This document shows positions 45,001 through 59,213 of a DNA stretch of 64,000 nucleotides, in pieces. Every line of letters starts with the position of its first letter. Positions within the stretch are counted from its first letter, which is position 1. Source of the stretch: Nitrospirales bacterium (GTDB taxonomy: Bacteria; Nitrospirota; Nitrospiria; Nitrospirales; UBA8639); assembly GCA_965203295.1 (NCBI GenBank), contig CBDBCZ010000007.1:1-64000 (forward strand), read 5' to 3'. The position numbers and the translations under genes were made by a program. The notes under the pieces were generated by a model that saw nothing but the letters and a program-made list of their open reading frames with translations, did no database searches and had not been told where the DNA came from.

Positions 45001-48000
45001 TTGTAAGACATGCAAGTAGACTGCACTCAAGCATGATAGTAAAGCTGCAACTGAGATAACCATAGATTGGTTACAGTAACCCTTCCATTTTCTAGTATTA
45101 TTGCCAGCTAGCTAGGCAATTGTACACACAAGATCGTTATTTGATTGAGAAAACATTAGCTTTATGTTAGCCTCGTACCCAGGCCTTCCTTGCACTCGTG
45201 AAAAGCTTTACTTTTCCCCGTTTATTTTCGCGAGACAGTGCGGGGAAGGCCTGGGTACGAGGCTAGCTCTATGTATGTGCCAACCTTATGAAGTTCAACT
45301 CCTGGATGGGCTCTATAGCCTGGGCAATCCCACACTGCTGTATCACTCCCAGGTTTGTGTCTGGTCCCAAGGTGAGTTCATCCAATGGAGGACAGTCCTC
45401 CAGCTCCTGGTCATTTTGTAGCACCTAAAGTGGAGTTACATAACCACTATATAGGTAATGTGGTAATGGAAAATCAATATTAAGCCAAGTAAATTAATCA
45501 TTAGTTTCTCATCACCCTACCTGTAAATACTTGGGGTGGATGACGGAATTTTAATTTTATTTTTATGCGCTACGTATTGGGTGGGTGTGGCCTAAAGTGC
45601 AAGATTACGTCAGAGCTTACACGTAGTAGCTTTCTGAACTGAGCAAGCTAGTATCCAGCATATCGTGGAATTTTCTACTTGCTCCAGCCACTGACAGTCA
45701 GTCTAAAATGCAGGTGTCCAAGATTCAAAAGATAGAGCATGAATTTTTTAGTATTACATAATACTATGGCTAGAAAATTTCACGGATGGAGGCTACAGTA
45801 GTGAACAGACGAGGATGAGAAACTAAAAATTATTTTTGGTTGGCCTTACATTATTTTCTTGACCATTGATTATATGCTATTACATATAATGTAACGCTTT
45901 GGTAGCATTCTCAGTATCCAAGGTTTCCTAACCCAATAGTACAAGTTCAATCCAATGGCACAATTGCAAAATGAATGATGTACTCTGGTTGTGCAATAAT
46001 AAATAAATATTGCAGCTGGTTTAAATACTCACGCATATAGTTGCAGTATTAAGGCAAGAGACACCAGCTGGCAGAGCTATAACAGACCCTTTATCATAAT
46101 GATGCAATGGGAGGCACTAAATGGAAGATTTACATGGAAACGTGCATGTTTTTGTGCTTTCTGTTTAACACATTTTCATGTACTTTAGTGCCTCCTTCCC
46201 TCTCCCCATTAAATCGTTGGTCTATTGCTAAGGTATATGTAGTGACTACCTTGATGATGTCGCTCCTGATCCTGTCCCATGTTTCGTAGAACTCCTCTCT
46301 GGCAGTTGTTATTTCAAGAAGAACATCTGTGTGTATTGCGTGATATTATCTAATTCTGATTACATAGCTAATAAGTTTCTGTTAAAAAGACAAAATGTTG
46401 TGTGTACAATGGATATTGTGTTCTAGTATACATGTAGTAGTGTACAGGTGTAAGTACGTATGAATTAAATTTTTATGAACAAGTACTTGTCTGTTGCTAT
46501 TTCCTAGTGAATAAACATTGACTCAAGAATTAATATACCTCCTATTCCAAGGTTGACTGCTGTAAGCACTCTCTCAGTGTCTTCAGCAATCTGCTCAGAG
46601 CCCTGCATGTTCAGAAGAAGGAGTAAGTTAAATGGCATGTAAAGAAGTCAAGTTATGAGCTTTAAGAGACTGCCACTATATATATTGAGCTATATGCTTG
46701 AGTTTCCAATGAGCATGATAATTGAAAATTTATGCTAATTGAAAATTTATTCGGTTAATAGACCTTTGCCACTATGATATTATGGGGGAAACACTAAATG
46801 GAAAACTTATATGGAAACATAAACGGTAATTGTGTGCTTTCATGTTTAAAATTTACATGAAAGCACAAAAATGCATATTTTCAAGTATTTTCTCAATTTC
46901 AGTGCCTCATTTTACCTCCATTACATCATAATGGTTTTCCGTAAGGTTGCTAACCATTTCAATCTCCATGGTGATATTAATGCTGCCCACACTTGTGTTC
47001 TGGAGGTCTCTTTGCTGTTGTGTAACATTAGGAAGCTAGAGGGAATGTATAACAAGGTAGAGAGCTCAAACCGAAGATTCAGGAATAGTACGAATATATT
47101 ATAGTTAAGTGCTCAAAAACTTCATTTCTACAGGGTTAGCCATTAAAACAAGTTAACGGTTTCAGCTTTCAGAAAACAAAGCCCAGGCAATTGACTCAGA
47201 AGTATATGATATTACCCTGGCACGAGGGAATTATGACCCGTTATTTTCCCGTGGGAAAAGTTATTGCCTGAGGAGTGTACGAGGGCTGATCATATTTCCC
47301 GAGTGCCAGGGTAATATCTGGCTCGTACCATACCTACGAAGACTGGTGAAGGTCAAAGGCAGCAGGCAAGTCTGCGATAATGCTTTCTTTGATCTGTCAG
47401 CGGGAAATATGACCCCTTATTGCCCTCAAATGCTGCACGCTGATAAGTCAGTCTGAGCTAGGTATGGTACAAATGGCAGTCTAGCGTCTCATTGTAGCAG
47501 TCTCATGTAAGATTGGAATTCCGTTGCATATTGTGATTGCATCAGATGGCAAAATATTCATGCAGCAACTATCGATGCAGCTACTCATCATGTATGAGCC
47601 TCACCCTGAACGGAAGTTCAGAGATACTGCGATATCACTGCAAAACATAGAAATAGTTTTGACTACTTAGTAGCTACCTGAATTGCAGATGTCTCAGTAC
47701 ATGTATGTAGGTAGGAGGTAGACCTCAAAGTCATTATTTTTTTTACTATGTGAGTCTTTCATCTATATTGGACCAAATGGGCTGTGTTCCAATACGTATT
47801 TAGAGTAGGTCCTCATAAATTAGTTCCTAGATTTAGAGTAGGTAAATTTACCTACTCAGGAAACTACACTTCGTAAATAGAGTCTCATGTAGATGAAAGA
47901 CTAACAAATTAAGTAACAAATTACCATGCACTATGAAGTCAGAATCTCACATGCATACTCACATCAGGCTCAGCCCACCTGCAACCCAGGTGAAGTGGTC

Positions 48001-51000
48001 AAACAACTACACATTTCTTTGCAGTGATGTGCTTTGAATGCAGTAACATGATAAAACACGCGACAGAATAATATTCAAAACACGCGACAAAAGAATATTT
48101 TATGTCCACATGCGACTGTCACAGTGTGTATCTATGCATACATGAGAGAGTGGTGAGTGAATGAACGTGTGGTACCTCATCAAAATCCGCAGCAACATTG
48201 AGTTGATTGGGATCTGGAATCAGAGAACAGTCAATTTCCGAACTATTGCACGCTGATAGTAAAGAATCAACGTCGATTCTTATGTTTTCAAGTCTTTCAG
48301 CAAGAGAGTCCGTCCTGTCTTGTAGTTCAGTGCTTTGGACATCAATTTCAAAAAGAATATCAGTGATGTTGCTGATTTTTTCTTGCGTGAGTCCTAGATC
48401 ATGGTGTTCATGTGTTGTACATGTGCATGTGCATATAGTACTATGTATAGACGTATTCAATCACATCAGAGTCTATACACTGCATAGAAATAACTTTTGA
48501 CAACGAAATGTATACCTCCAATAATTAATACTAGTACAGATAAAGTGACTCCAAGCTAATGTAATCCTCAATAGAATACTGCTGCGCATACCATTTGAAA
48601 CTTGTGTGAGTATGCCATACACTTCTGTTGTTAGGTCAACAATATCTTCTGTCACTGTAGTCAAGTTTTCTTTCATATCTATGCACAAACAATTCGCAAA
48701 GATGGTTCAATGACATGAGCAGTGGTATACAATTGTTGTGGTTAAATCTCCCCTTCCAACACAGAATGAGCAATCTGTTGTTTAGAAAACCTGGCCCATC
48801 AATCACGTGTGAACATTAATACCAGCTGGTATATAATAGGACTCACTGCTAATTGGTATAGTGTAGTCGAAACATTAAGAAATTACCAGGCATAGAACTG
48901 GGTATACGTTTATACGATTTCAACTTACAATTAGCTTCTTGGACTGCTAAGCTTGCCACATCATCAAACTGACATATTAGGAAGTCTGCATCCTGCATGT
49001 AGACATCAGGAAAAAAATTGTAACTCTCTAAGCACTGCATGTCTGCTAACTGTACTGTACAGGATTATATAAACTTTAAATTATGCTCTGCCAATCAGAT
49101 CAATCAGCCATACTTGTGACATTGTTAGGACATCAGTTGTGTTCTGCCATTAGCATAATAGTAGCTTTATCTTATACTGACCTCCACACACTCTTCAACA
49201 TACTCCGCTCCTGTGACTACCGTTTCATTCAGTACATCAGATACGACAGTGTATGACTTCTCATTGCTGAAAAATGCCAAAAGAACCCCAGCCCTAGTGT
49301 ATAAAAAATATATATATGCTAATGAGTATATAAGTATATATAGTACATTATGGGCTTAGGCTAAAGCACAGATGAGACACCCAAAAATCCCACAATGCAA
49401 AAATAAAAGGGCTGTTTTGTGTTACCTCCGTTGCATCTGCACTACCAAGCTTTGCAGTTTTTACAGCAGGAAGCCAATGTTGATTGGGAATTCGAAATGA
49501 ATACACTTACTAAATTATTGTTTACAGTACTTGGTAAGAGCAGCTGCCCTGGAGTAATTACTGTGTGCTCTGCAGTTTTTACAGCAGGAAGCCAATATTG
49601 ATGGGAATTCGAAATGAATACACTTACTAAATTATTGTTTACAGTACTTGGTAAGAGCAGCTGCCCTGGAGTAATTACTGTAGTGCTCTGCAGTTTTTAC
49701 GCCAGGAACCCAATATTGATGGGAATTCGAAATGAATACACTTACTAAATTATTGTTTACAGTAGAGCAGCTGCCCTGGAGTAATTACTGTAGTGCTGAA
49801 CTTTCATCTCAAACCTTACAAAATAAAGGACTTATTCAACAAGCTAGCTTCCTGTATAAGTCTAACCACTTTGTCTTGCATACAAGGACGTATCAGGTGA
49901 CCCACCTTGTACCCCGCAACTGCAGTAACTCATCAGAAATTAAAAAAAGCCTTTCTACATCTATATTTACAGTTCATGCACTGCACTAATATTCTCACCC
50001 TAACAGTGAGATCGATTCTACAGGCAAGCATTGCAGGAAACCACCCAATATCAGCAATAAGAGCCAGTGTGGACTACATCAACTGTAGTCTCGTGCCCAG
50101 CCCCACGTTAGGAAGGTGGGCTGGCTCCCCGTATATTCAAAGTTGGGTTAGCATTACGTCAGCGGTCCCAGATCTGGACCGGCAATGTGATTGGTTACTT
50201 ATAGTATTACATCACTAAACAGTTGCAGTATCCGGATATCCGCACGAGTGGCCACGTGGACATGATCCGTTTGGTGATGTAATATGATGTAACACTAACC
50301 CAACTTTCAATATACGGGGAGCCAGATCCACCTTTCCAACGTGGGGCTGGGCACGAGACTACATCAACCGCAGTACTTACAAGAGGGCAAGTGTAAACAA
50401 CAGCAGGATACAAGTCAGAGCAATGGGCTTGCAGACGTTTCGGTCAAGCTTTTCCTCTTCAAAGCTCAGCACCTTCTTCTCACTTCTGGTGTTGGCCCCA
50501 CACCTGCCATAACAGCGACAGCAACAAAACACGCATCCAGCAAGCAGGAATAGTACAGCCAGCGTGCCACCAACACACACCACTGCTAAGATAGGCATCA
50601 TCCACTCCAATAACTGTATGTATCAACAGACGACAATACAGCACATTGTATAATAGGGCTTATTAAGACCTGATATATGCATAGTATAGTCTACTGTCAC
50701 ATCTGACAGGGTGATAAAAAACAAGCAATTAGGGCACGTAGACCATGCATGTGGTCCCGTTACAGTATCACAACATTTAAAGCCGTTGGACATATACTTG
50801 TAGTCACTAGTGGATACAATACTTTCGGACTGCCACATGTGCTAGCGCTCAAATAGGTCAGCGCAAGTGTGGTGCTTGTAGCTATACTTGTAGCTCAGTG
50901 CATGGGAAGTTCAAAGCTACCTGACAGGGCAATATTTATACCTCATAATATTCTGTAGTGACCTCAGAGCAGGTGGTGTTGATGTGGTTACTAGCTACAT

Positions 51001-52790
51001 GGCTATTATACTTAATAGGAAGCCACTGATGGTAAGCTACAAATGCACAGGAAGTACTATAGGGCTATAGATCTGTTAAATCACACCATCTGCTGTCTGT
51101 ATGGGATTGACAGTGCATTTGTACCACATAGCCCTTGTTGGCATGGTTTAAATAATAGTTAGACGGCGAGTGTAAGGGATCTATGGGATTTAGAAGCCAC
51201 GAGGGGCCCGAGTCTGTAGCGTCCGAGCGAAGCGAGGACGCTACTATAAGGGCCCCGAGGGCTTCTAAATCCCATAGATCCCGCGCACTCGCCGTCTAAG
51301 TTATTTAGAATACAGCTTCAGGCGCGCTACCATAGACGCGTATTCATGACAACACTTACTACAGGCACTTATAATCCACACTAACTCCAGGCACTTATAA
51401 TCCACAGTAGCATGGGTAATAAGTGATTTATGACCCACGCTCTTAACCAATCGCATTGCAGGACTACAGTCAGCTGAATTCTAAGTATAGCTTAGAGCAT
51501 GGGCAGCTATGTTCTTACTAGGCCGAGGTGAAGCCGAGGTCTAGTTAGAACATAGAGCTGCCCATGCTCTGAGCCATTTAGTATATACACATCTTCAGCT
51601 TCTTATGCTCTATGGGATTCTTACTATTAATACTCTATGAAAATTATTCCATACACTTGTTACTATAGTAACATATACTAAGAATCCCATAGAGCATAAG
51701 AAGCTGAAGATGTGTATATACTAAATGGCTCAGAGCATGGGCAGCTCTATGTTCTAACTAGACCTCAGCTTCGCCTCGGCCTAGTTAGAACATAGCTATA
51801 CCCATGCTCTAAGCTATACTTAGTATATGCACATCTTCAGCTTCTTATGCATGCTCTATGGGATTCTTACTATACTGTATGCCATACAATTGTTACTATA
51901 GTAACATATACTAACTAATACTTAGCCACCAGTAATATAAACTATTTAGGTCTACACAATTCTCTTTTATCATAAACTGTTATACATACATCCTCTAGCA
52001 CTTCAAGAAAGTCGAAGGTACCACTGTCGGCATCATTACATTCTGGTGGTGGGGGGTCAATGACATCGCATGGAAGATTGCTTTCACTAATGTAGCTCGC
52101 AATAACATCTGCATGGAATTGCATGAAGTAGTGGTTAGTCTATAGCTGAGAGAAATGGTGCATTTAAGAATCTGTCAAACATGTTATTCCCTTGCCATGC
52201 AGATGAACAAGTAAACTGTTATGGTTGGCGATCATAGTATATTTCTCGAATAAATGTTCCCGACTAATAGTATCCATGAGTGTCAATATGTTCACTCATC
52301 TGGTCGACATCTTATTCTATGAGCAAAAATTATTACAGCCTTAATGCAAAAGTATGTATATTATACTCGGCCATGCTATAGTCTTATAGTGAGGGATATA
52401 TGGAGAAGGAAACACCTCTTAATAGCCAGTTTAGAATACTAGACATGTGTGAAATTATGAACTGGCCTTCCACAAAAGTAATCATACACAGCACTTAATG
52501 CATGCCACGTACATACCATACGGGAGACCCCCACTTCTGACCAAATCCGCGAATGAAGTAGCCAGCGCAAACCAATTCTCTAGGAATCCAGGGTCATAGT
52601 TCGGCTCACAGTCTAGAGTTCTGACGGGTAAAACTGGGAAGCTGAGTGTGTCATTTGTTACCAATGTGACCTCATCCAGGGCAACCAGACACTCGAACTG
52701 CTCTTGTGAGAGTGAACACGGAACCAAGCAGAAAATTCCAATCACAAAGAGACTGTAGCTCCAAAATCCACGCCTTGTTCTTGGCAACAT
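39074..52790 (-). CDS. PROM: Prominin-family pentaspan membrane glycoprotein (roughly 20 exons)
   Basis: Exon 52790-52517: signal peptide and YDPGFLENWF. 50613-50381: TM1 and CCCRCYGRCG. 49293-49182: AGVLLAFFSNE. ~44397-44248: TM3 and SHCGG. 43927-43798: TM4 and C. 39471-39332: NGFWWSIGYCALFFVPVIVLSV (TM5). Several small loop exons and the last exon are only approximately placed. Confidence 0.88.
42938..43762. mobile_element. Old TIR element (~150-bp imperfect arms) with an internal 29-bp minisatellite (43097-43532, ~15 copies)
   Basis: ccacccacagaccggacagccaagaggtacc...ccaggtaaca..tactccatagt pairs with actatggagta..tgttacctgg...ggtatctcttggctgtctggtgagtgggtgg. Unit gcaacttcaagcatgggtaattatgacc(a/t). 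Confidence 0.75.
45168..45265. mobile_element. Academ-type MITE; sibling copy at 53881-53973
   Basis: tagcctcgtacccaggccttcc...ggaaggcctgggtacgaggcta with flanks gctttatgt/gctctatgt. The sibling has exact TSD gcatagcta. Confidence 0.8.
49452..49797 (+). repeat. ~119-bp tandem repeat, 3 copies
   Basis: gcagtttttac...gggaattcgaaatgaatacacttactaaattattg at 49453, 49572 and 49690. Confidence 0.9.
50086..50361. mobile_element. Academ-type non-autonomous element next to a prominin splice donor
   Basis: ~75-bp TIRs tagtctcgtgcccagccccacgtt...; 9-bp TSD catcaactg/catcaaccg. Confidence 0.85.
51148..51308. repeat. ~160-bp palindromic element centred on ccgagcgaagcgagg; related hairpins at 47210-47316 and 58501-58564
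   Basis: ttagacggcgagtg..gggatctatgggatttagaagcc pairs with ggcttctaaatcccatagatccc..cactcgccgtctaa. Confidence 0.8.
51481..51912. repeat. Complex inverted duplication (arms ~51481-51622 and 51679-51823) followed by a direct repeat
   Basis: Near-perfect reverse-complement arms, each with an internal hairpin; 51821-51912 repeats 51578-51681 imperfectly. Confidence 0.85.
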
Positions 52791-54615
52791 ATCTGACGGT
52801 CTTTTCGCATCAGAATCAATTGTTGTAGGCTTGTGTAACTAGCTCTCGAGTACCATAAATCCTACAGGGTTTCAACAGTAATAGGACCTGAACCCTCAAT
52901 CATAGCAGTAAGATAGTGAAAACTGGTAACTGACATGCCAGGTCTGACAACAATTTTTAAAACGAATTGAAGTGAAACACAGTAGCTGGGAATACACAAA
53001 TTCAATAATATCTGGGTAGCAGATTTAATATACTAAGGCAGATTTTATCATGTACTGGAGTGCACATATATGTACAGGTATACTGTGTATCCGCACTAGT
53101 AACTGTAAACTAGGGATGTTTACAATGTACAACGTTCTCATAGCCCAGTTTTGACATGCTGCCCAAACTCTGCAAGGGGCAAGACATCTAATCTATATAC
53201 AGAGCCCCTCCCCCACACCAGTGCGACATTAACAGTCTAACATCAGTAGTTTTATACTATATACTGGTTCAAGTGAGTCGGATCAAAGCAGTTGATAGCT
53301 ATGCCACAGCAGATATCTAAGGTTTATAAACCCACAAGTGAATGACCTGACACGTGCAGGCTCAAACCACCCACTACCACTACACACTTCTATACATGAA
53401 TGAGCATGCACTGAGAACATTATTGCACTTACCTCCAGGTTGAGTACTAATAGCCCTGCAGTGCTTTCAAATCTAGTTATCGCGCATGCGATGGCAAGCT
53501 CCGCCCCTTATTTTGTTGGTCGGTCCTCATTACGTACGTACGTAGTCTCGTGCCGAGACCTCCCTGCCCTGCGCGCGCCGGCGCCCGGGCTGGGTCTGGA
53601 CACGAGACCCCACGTGATTGCAGGGCCGGTCTAGTGTTGGTGTATATATTCACTGATCTTAGTACTATTGATGTAGACGTGGCTATTGGTCCAGAGGTGA
53701 AATGAGCAATGTTGGGTTTAAAGCTAGCAGCTAGCTTACCAACGTTTGGCCTCTATGCCTATCCTAACACTACTATAACCCTAACACCTAACCGTAACCC
53801 CTAACCCTATTGTTAACCCTAACCTAACACCTAACCCTAGACCTACTGGAAATATCTCCTGCCAGATATTTGCATAGCTATAGCCTCGTACCCAGGCCTT
53901 CCCCGCACTCGTGAAACCAAAGGGGGAAAAGTAGATTTTCATGAGTGGGGGAAGGCCTGGGTATCGGAGGCTAGCATAGCTATATTATGATTCTGTCTCA
54001 ACATTGTGATGTAATCATTAAAATTATTCGGACATAGAACAAAGTCTTTATTGTAATGGTGCATTAATACTGGGTACCTTAATAATGGTTTCAATTAATT
54101 GAATTACAAGAACTGATTTGAAACATAGAGCATGCAAAGACTACATTTTCATGACGCATTAATACTGGTACCTTAATAATGTTTTCAAAGGTTGTAGTAC
54201 ATGTACTTATGCAGTATACTATCATTTATACTCCTAGACCGATGAAGCATAACATTATCAAGCATATATATGTACGTCAAATGTAACGTGAATACTATTC
54301 TATAACCCACAGCGTTTACAGACCATGCATGACTGCGATACACTCCCACTTAGAAACTTGAGCGGGTGTGTTTACTCTGTAGTCTAGAGATCCAATGTGG
54401 CATTAAGGTATTATTAAAATATTTGTGGGCGTAGGAAACTAGGTGTCTGTGAAGGAGTGTCTCTTAGCTTGAAACGCTTGCCCAGCCATATTCCTCAAGT
54501 GCTATAGACGCCTAGCTGACTCCATTACAGCTGCCTAGACTGTCCATCAGCACTAGCTATATTATCGGCCGCCGAAAATTAATATATATAGGCCCGGACG
54601 GCGCGCAAGGCAAAA

Positions 54616-56423
54616 ATGCCTAGGATTTTAAAGTTCAGCGAAGGAATCATAGAAATTGGACTTCGGGTCGCGGTTATAGCGGTAAGTTGAGATATTGTTG
54701 GGCGCATTTTGTAAATTTGCGCAGTTTATAATGGCGCTGCGCATTAATTTTAACAATTGAGGGTTACAGTTAGGCTTATAGCTATAGCTAGGTATGAGGC
54801 CTAGCGCCTGCGTGGGATAATTATCTTTGAAATGTAATTGGTCGGGCAGGAAATTGGTTATGGTACTAGTTAGGGTTTAGACTGGAGTTAGGACCAGGAT
54901 AGGGCTAATGTTGGCTTCGAAGCTAGCTGCGTTGCGTCGGTATCCAGAGACCGGCTAGTGCGCGAGTGCGCATGCGCGGACATGCGATTCCCGTACTGTT
55001 TTAGCCAAAATACATTCTAGATCTAGACAGCATAATAATTATCAGTCATAGTCTCATTCTATCCTTAGCGTAATAATAGAGGGCTGGGAGAAATCAGCAT
55101 ATCAGCCTACATATTAAATTGTAGATGTTTTACTATTTTTGGGTACCTGAGTTACAGATGTCTGAGTATGCAGTTAGAAGCTAGGCCTCATTAATATTTT
55201 ATCAACTTTGAACTCTTTTAATTACATGACCTGGATCTCAACAATCATGCCAAATGGAGAAGTTTACATCTTTATATAGGATGCATGTACATAAAATGCA
55301 TGGAACTTAAAATGAAATTCCTATATAATTATGTGCACAGTTTATACTCTAATGCAAACATCACTTGTGCACATAAATAAACATTTAAAGTCCCTTCTAG
55401 GACAGTCATCTTAACAGTACTTTTTTGTAACCAAACCTCAGTTTAAAATTTTAATTTTTAGGGTGTAGGTAAGTCTAGATCTCAGCATTCACAGTGTACA
55501 TGCATCATGTTCTGTTATCATATCTGATTCTCAGTTTGGAATTGCAGCACTGGTTGCAGCTGCAATTACTCTGGCTAGGACTGTCGGAGACGAACAGCTG
55601 ACAGCACAGGTCGATGGCATCCAACGAGATATCAATGATGGATTGCTGGTGCCAGAGTCGGAAAGAGCCATCGTGGAGAACTATAACGGAACAGTTGCAG
55701 CTGGTGGAGTAGTTACAGGAATTGCTGGCTTTGCCATTATATCCGAGACTGCCATAACCGTGCTTCGTTTGGTGTATGTCTGCAGGAAACAGACTAAGTT
55801 CTTATTCATGCTGGTAAGGAGTTCATTTAAGAATGTATCAAGCAAGCATGTATGCAAACACTATCTGTGCATGAGTAGCGATCTAATCATGCATGAATGA
55901 GCAAGTCATGCTCAGCATCATGTGCATTATTCAAAGACCCTACACTCAGCCAACATGCTCCCCACTATGTTATAGCTACATATATGTAATTCTTGTGTAT
56001 ATACATGTACCTATATGTACTAATTACATACAACATCAGATAATATGTGTGTCTCCTTTTTAATGGCTCTTCAATTCACGTGTACAGGATATCCTTCTGA
56101 GTACCTTTCTGACGGTCGGGCATCTTGCTGGTGGCATCACGGCAACCCTGTTTGCTGCAGAATGGGACGATTTCACGAGTGGCACTATAGATAACATCCT
56201 CACATCCCTGGCAGTTGCAGCAGTGAGTTTAATATGCAGCTGGGGGTGGGGAGGTAATTGTAAAATAATAGGGTATAGCACAGCTATCAACATTTTGTCA
56301 TTTTTTTCACTACAGGCCTTTTCCTTCGCTTCTGCGATCATGTGTGCGATCCTTGCTCTTTGGATGCTATTCTTTATGGTGTACAAATGGAATGAAAAGC
56401 AGCAGGCGTACGATGTGAAGTGA
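54616..56423 (+). CDS. Four-TM (MARVEL-like) membrane protein, paralog B, 4 exons, ~195 aa
   Basis: Exons 54616-54681, 55535-55813, 56088-56222, 56316-56423. Same intron positions as paralog A (FSEGIIEIGLRV vs FNQGIVEIILRV; WMLFFMVYKWNEK vs WMIIFMVKKWNEK). Confidence 0.8.
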
Positions 56424-57199
56424 AAGTTGTAGCTAGCTACTATACATCCTAGACCATTGACATTTAGTAGCTAACTTAGTGATCTGTTGTAGTAGCATAG
56501 AAAGACTCCACTAAGACTACTATAGGATAGGTAGTGGTTTTCATGCTTATGTATACAAGAATATAGCTACTGACAATGAGTTTCAATTAACTTGCTATCA
56601 TGAGTGAGTAAAATGCAGCCAAATCCATGTGATAACCGGAGGTTTCTTGAAAGATGCATTAATCGAACTGAATAATACAGCAATAATGCTCACTTATATA
56701 CTAAACACAATGACTACGAAACGAGTGGGAAATGTCTAGGAAGTACAAAACTGAAAGCAATTAATCAAATACATGAATATACAATATCCTATAAGAAAGC
56801 TATTTTCTTCTAACTATTGGTACAATAAACTATTCAGCTACTTCCACTATGGTTCAAGTTCGGGAGTGTGAAAACTCCCATATCAATATTAGTTATGTAA
56901 TGTCCTGAGTTCATAGAGTTACCACAACAGGCAAACTGAAAATAATAGCCTCATGTAGCTATACGTGTTGGGTAGCAGATATTAAGTGGGAAAGCCGTAT
57001 AATTTAAAAGTTAACAGAGCAAAATTGGACTATTTTATTACTATAGCTACCATGCAGCTAATGATATGGGTTGGAAACAGCCCATTCAGTTTGTCCATGA
57101 CACTTCCCTCTCTAATAAGAGCCCAGCATGATTATATGGGGCTTCCAGGCTGGAAAGTCAACCACAGCTGCACTATTGTCCACTACATACGAATGGCTT

Positions 57200-57950
57200 A
57201 CAGCCCTTGAGAAAGGCAGCGGTATGTGCAGTTTTTTTTTCGACCTGAAAAAAGGCCTTCGATTCAGTGCCTCATAAGGTAGCTAGCTACTGATGAGTAA
57301 GCTGCAGCAGCTGGGTATAGACAGCCATGTCCTCCACTGGATATCAGACTACCTAACCTGCAGATACCAAAAGGTGGTTGTGAATGGCGAAGTCTCTCAG
57401 GACATGGCGGTGCTCTCAGGGGTACCACAATTAACAATGTTCTGTCTTAGGTCCTCTGCTGTTCTTGATTTATATCGACAGCCTAGCAAATATTTCAGTT
57501 ACTGATGGCACCGTATGCTGATGACTTACTTCGTTTTCGTCCAATCACCAAGTAGAGTGACTTTCAGACCCTCCAAAGTGACATAAACTCCATCCAAGAC
57601 TGGGTCCTAAGAAATTACCTGACCTTAATTCATCCAAGTGCAAGTTCATGCTAGTGTCAAGAAAGAAACAACCGTCGACCCCCCTCCTCTGAAACTTAAT
57701 AGGTGCAGTATTGAACAAGTAGAGTGTTTTAAGTACCTTGGGTTGCTGCTCTCATATCCAACATGTCATGGACCCCACATGTGGATTCCATATGCTCCAA
57801 AGCGTTTGCATGCAAGATTGTCACTAGTAGATGGGATCTCGACTACCAGGAGCTCACAAACATCCACTCTCTAGCCACGCGCCAACTACATCTGGAGCTG
57901 TGCACACTTTAGAATTATAGCTACAAGGGCTGTGCTATTTCCCCACTGAT
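57200..57950 (+). mobile_element. Degenerate non-LTR retrotransposon (CR1/L2-like) reverse transcriptase fragment
   Basis: Frameshifted motifs DLKKAFDSVPH, WISDYLTCRYQKVVVNG, SGVPQ, LGPLLFLIYID, YADD, SKCKFM, EQVECFKYLG. Confidence 0.9.
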
Positions 57951-59213
57951 GTCTTTGTCCCCCGTGTGCACTTCAGCCAGCGTACCTGCCATGTTTATAC
58001 ATTGGCACCAACCTCATGCACATGCACACAAGTTTTTTTTTTCATCACTCTTTTGTACCTTACTCTTCTTCTTTGTGGAACTCCTTGGCCCCTACCACTG
58101 TGTCGGCTCCAAGTTTGCCTATCTAAAAAAGGAACTTTACCTTATAGCTATTGTATTTCATTTTGGGCACACTTTTATTAGCATACTTGCTATTTTGTAT
58201 CCATTGCTTACGTACATAAGCTTTCATAGAAAAAAAATCAGCAGATATTAGGTAGGGAAACAACTTGAACCAAATACTAGGAAGGGAAGCTAGGTCTAGA
58301 CGTCCATTCACAATTTAAAGGAAGCACCCATTCACCATGAGGATTCCACAGATAGACATCTTGTCTGTCTACATGCATGTTCTCACTGGCTTATAATATA
58401 ATTATATACACAGGAAGTTCTTTGCTATATAGAACTATATGTAATATATAAACCATGGCCAGGAGGTGTATATCAGTGATATACCATGCACCTGCTGTGG
58501 AGGAGGTTTTTGGGAATATACCGCGAGGGCCGCAGGCCCGAGGGGTATATTCCCAGAAACCTCCGAACAATAGTGGAACCCCTCTATTGTGGACACCTTG
58601 GAGGCCTGGTCAAGTGTCCTGTATAGAGAGGTGTCCTCATTTTAGGGGTGCATTTATATTGAGAAAGCATATTTGGGACATAGCAAAGTGTCCTTAATAC
58701 AGAGGTGTCCTTATTACAGGGGTGTCCTTTAATATAAGAGGGGTTCCACTGTACGTGGGTCCAGGGGCTCTCTACCCATCCTGCTTGGGTGGATGGGATC
58801 ATTGACTCTGTTATTATTATTCTGTATTGAACACATTAGCTATTACAGTGCCAAGTGAGATAATATATGGCATGAAGTGGCAAGCATCCACTCGAGTGCT
58901 CTCTGCTGATTTTATTCGATTTCTTTGAAAATAATCATAATATTATTACTTTGCTACGAGTCCAATACCCCAAAGGATGTTCAGCATGCTCTGTGCTTAA
59001 ATCATTGTGACTGCCTCAGCCATTATTGCTATAGCCTGGCAGAAAAATCAGAATCAGAAGCAGGGATGCTAGGTCAAAGAACTCCATTCACAAGGGAAGT
59101 CCCTAAAATGATGTCATTGCATTATTGTATAGCCTGGTTGAGGAATCAAAATCAGAAAATTGGATAATAGGTCATTCACAAAGGAAGCACCTGCGTCCTG
59201 CGATCTGCTAATG

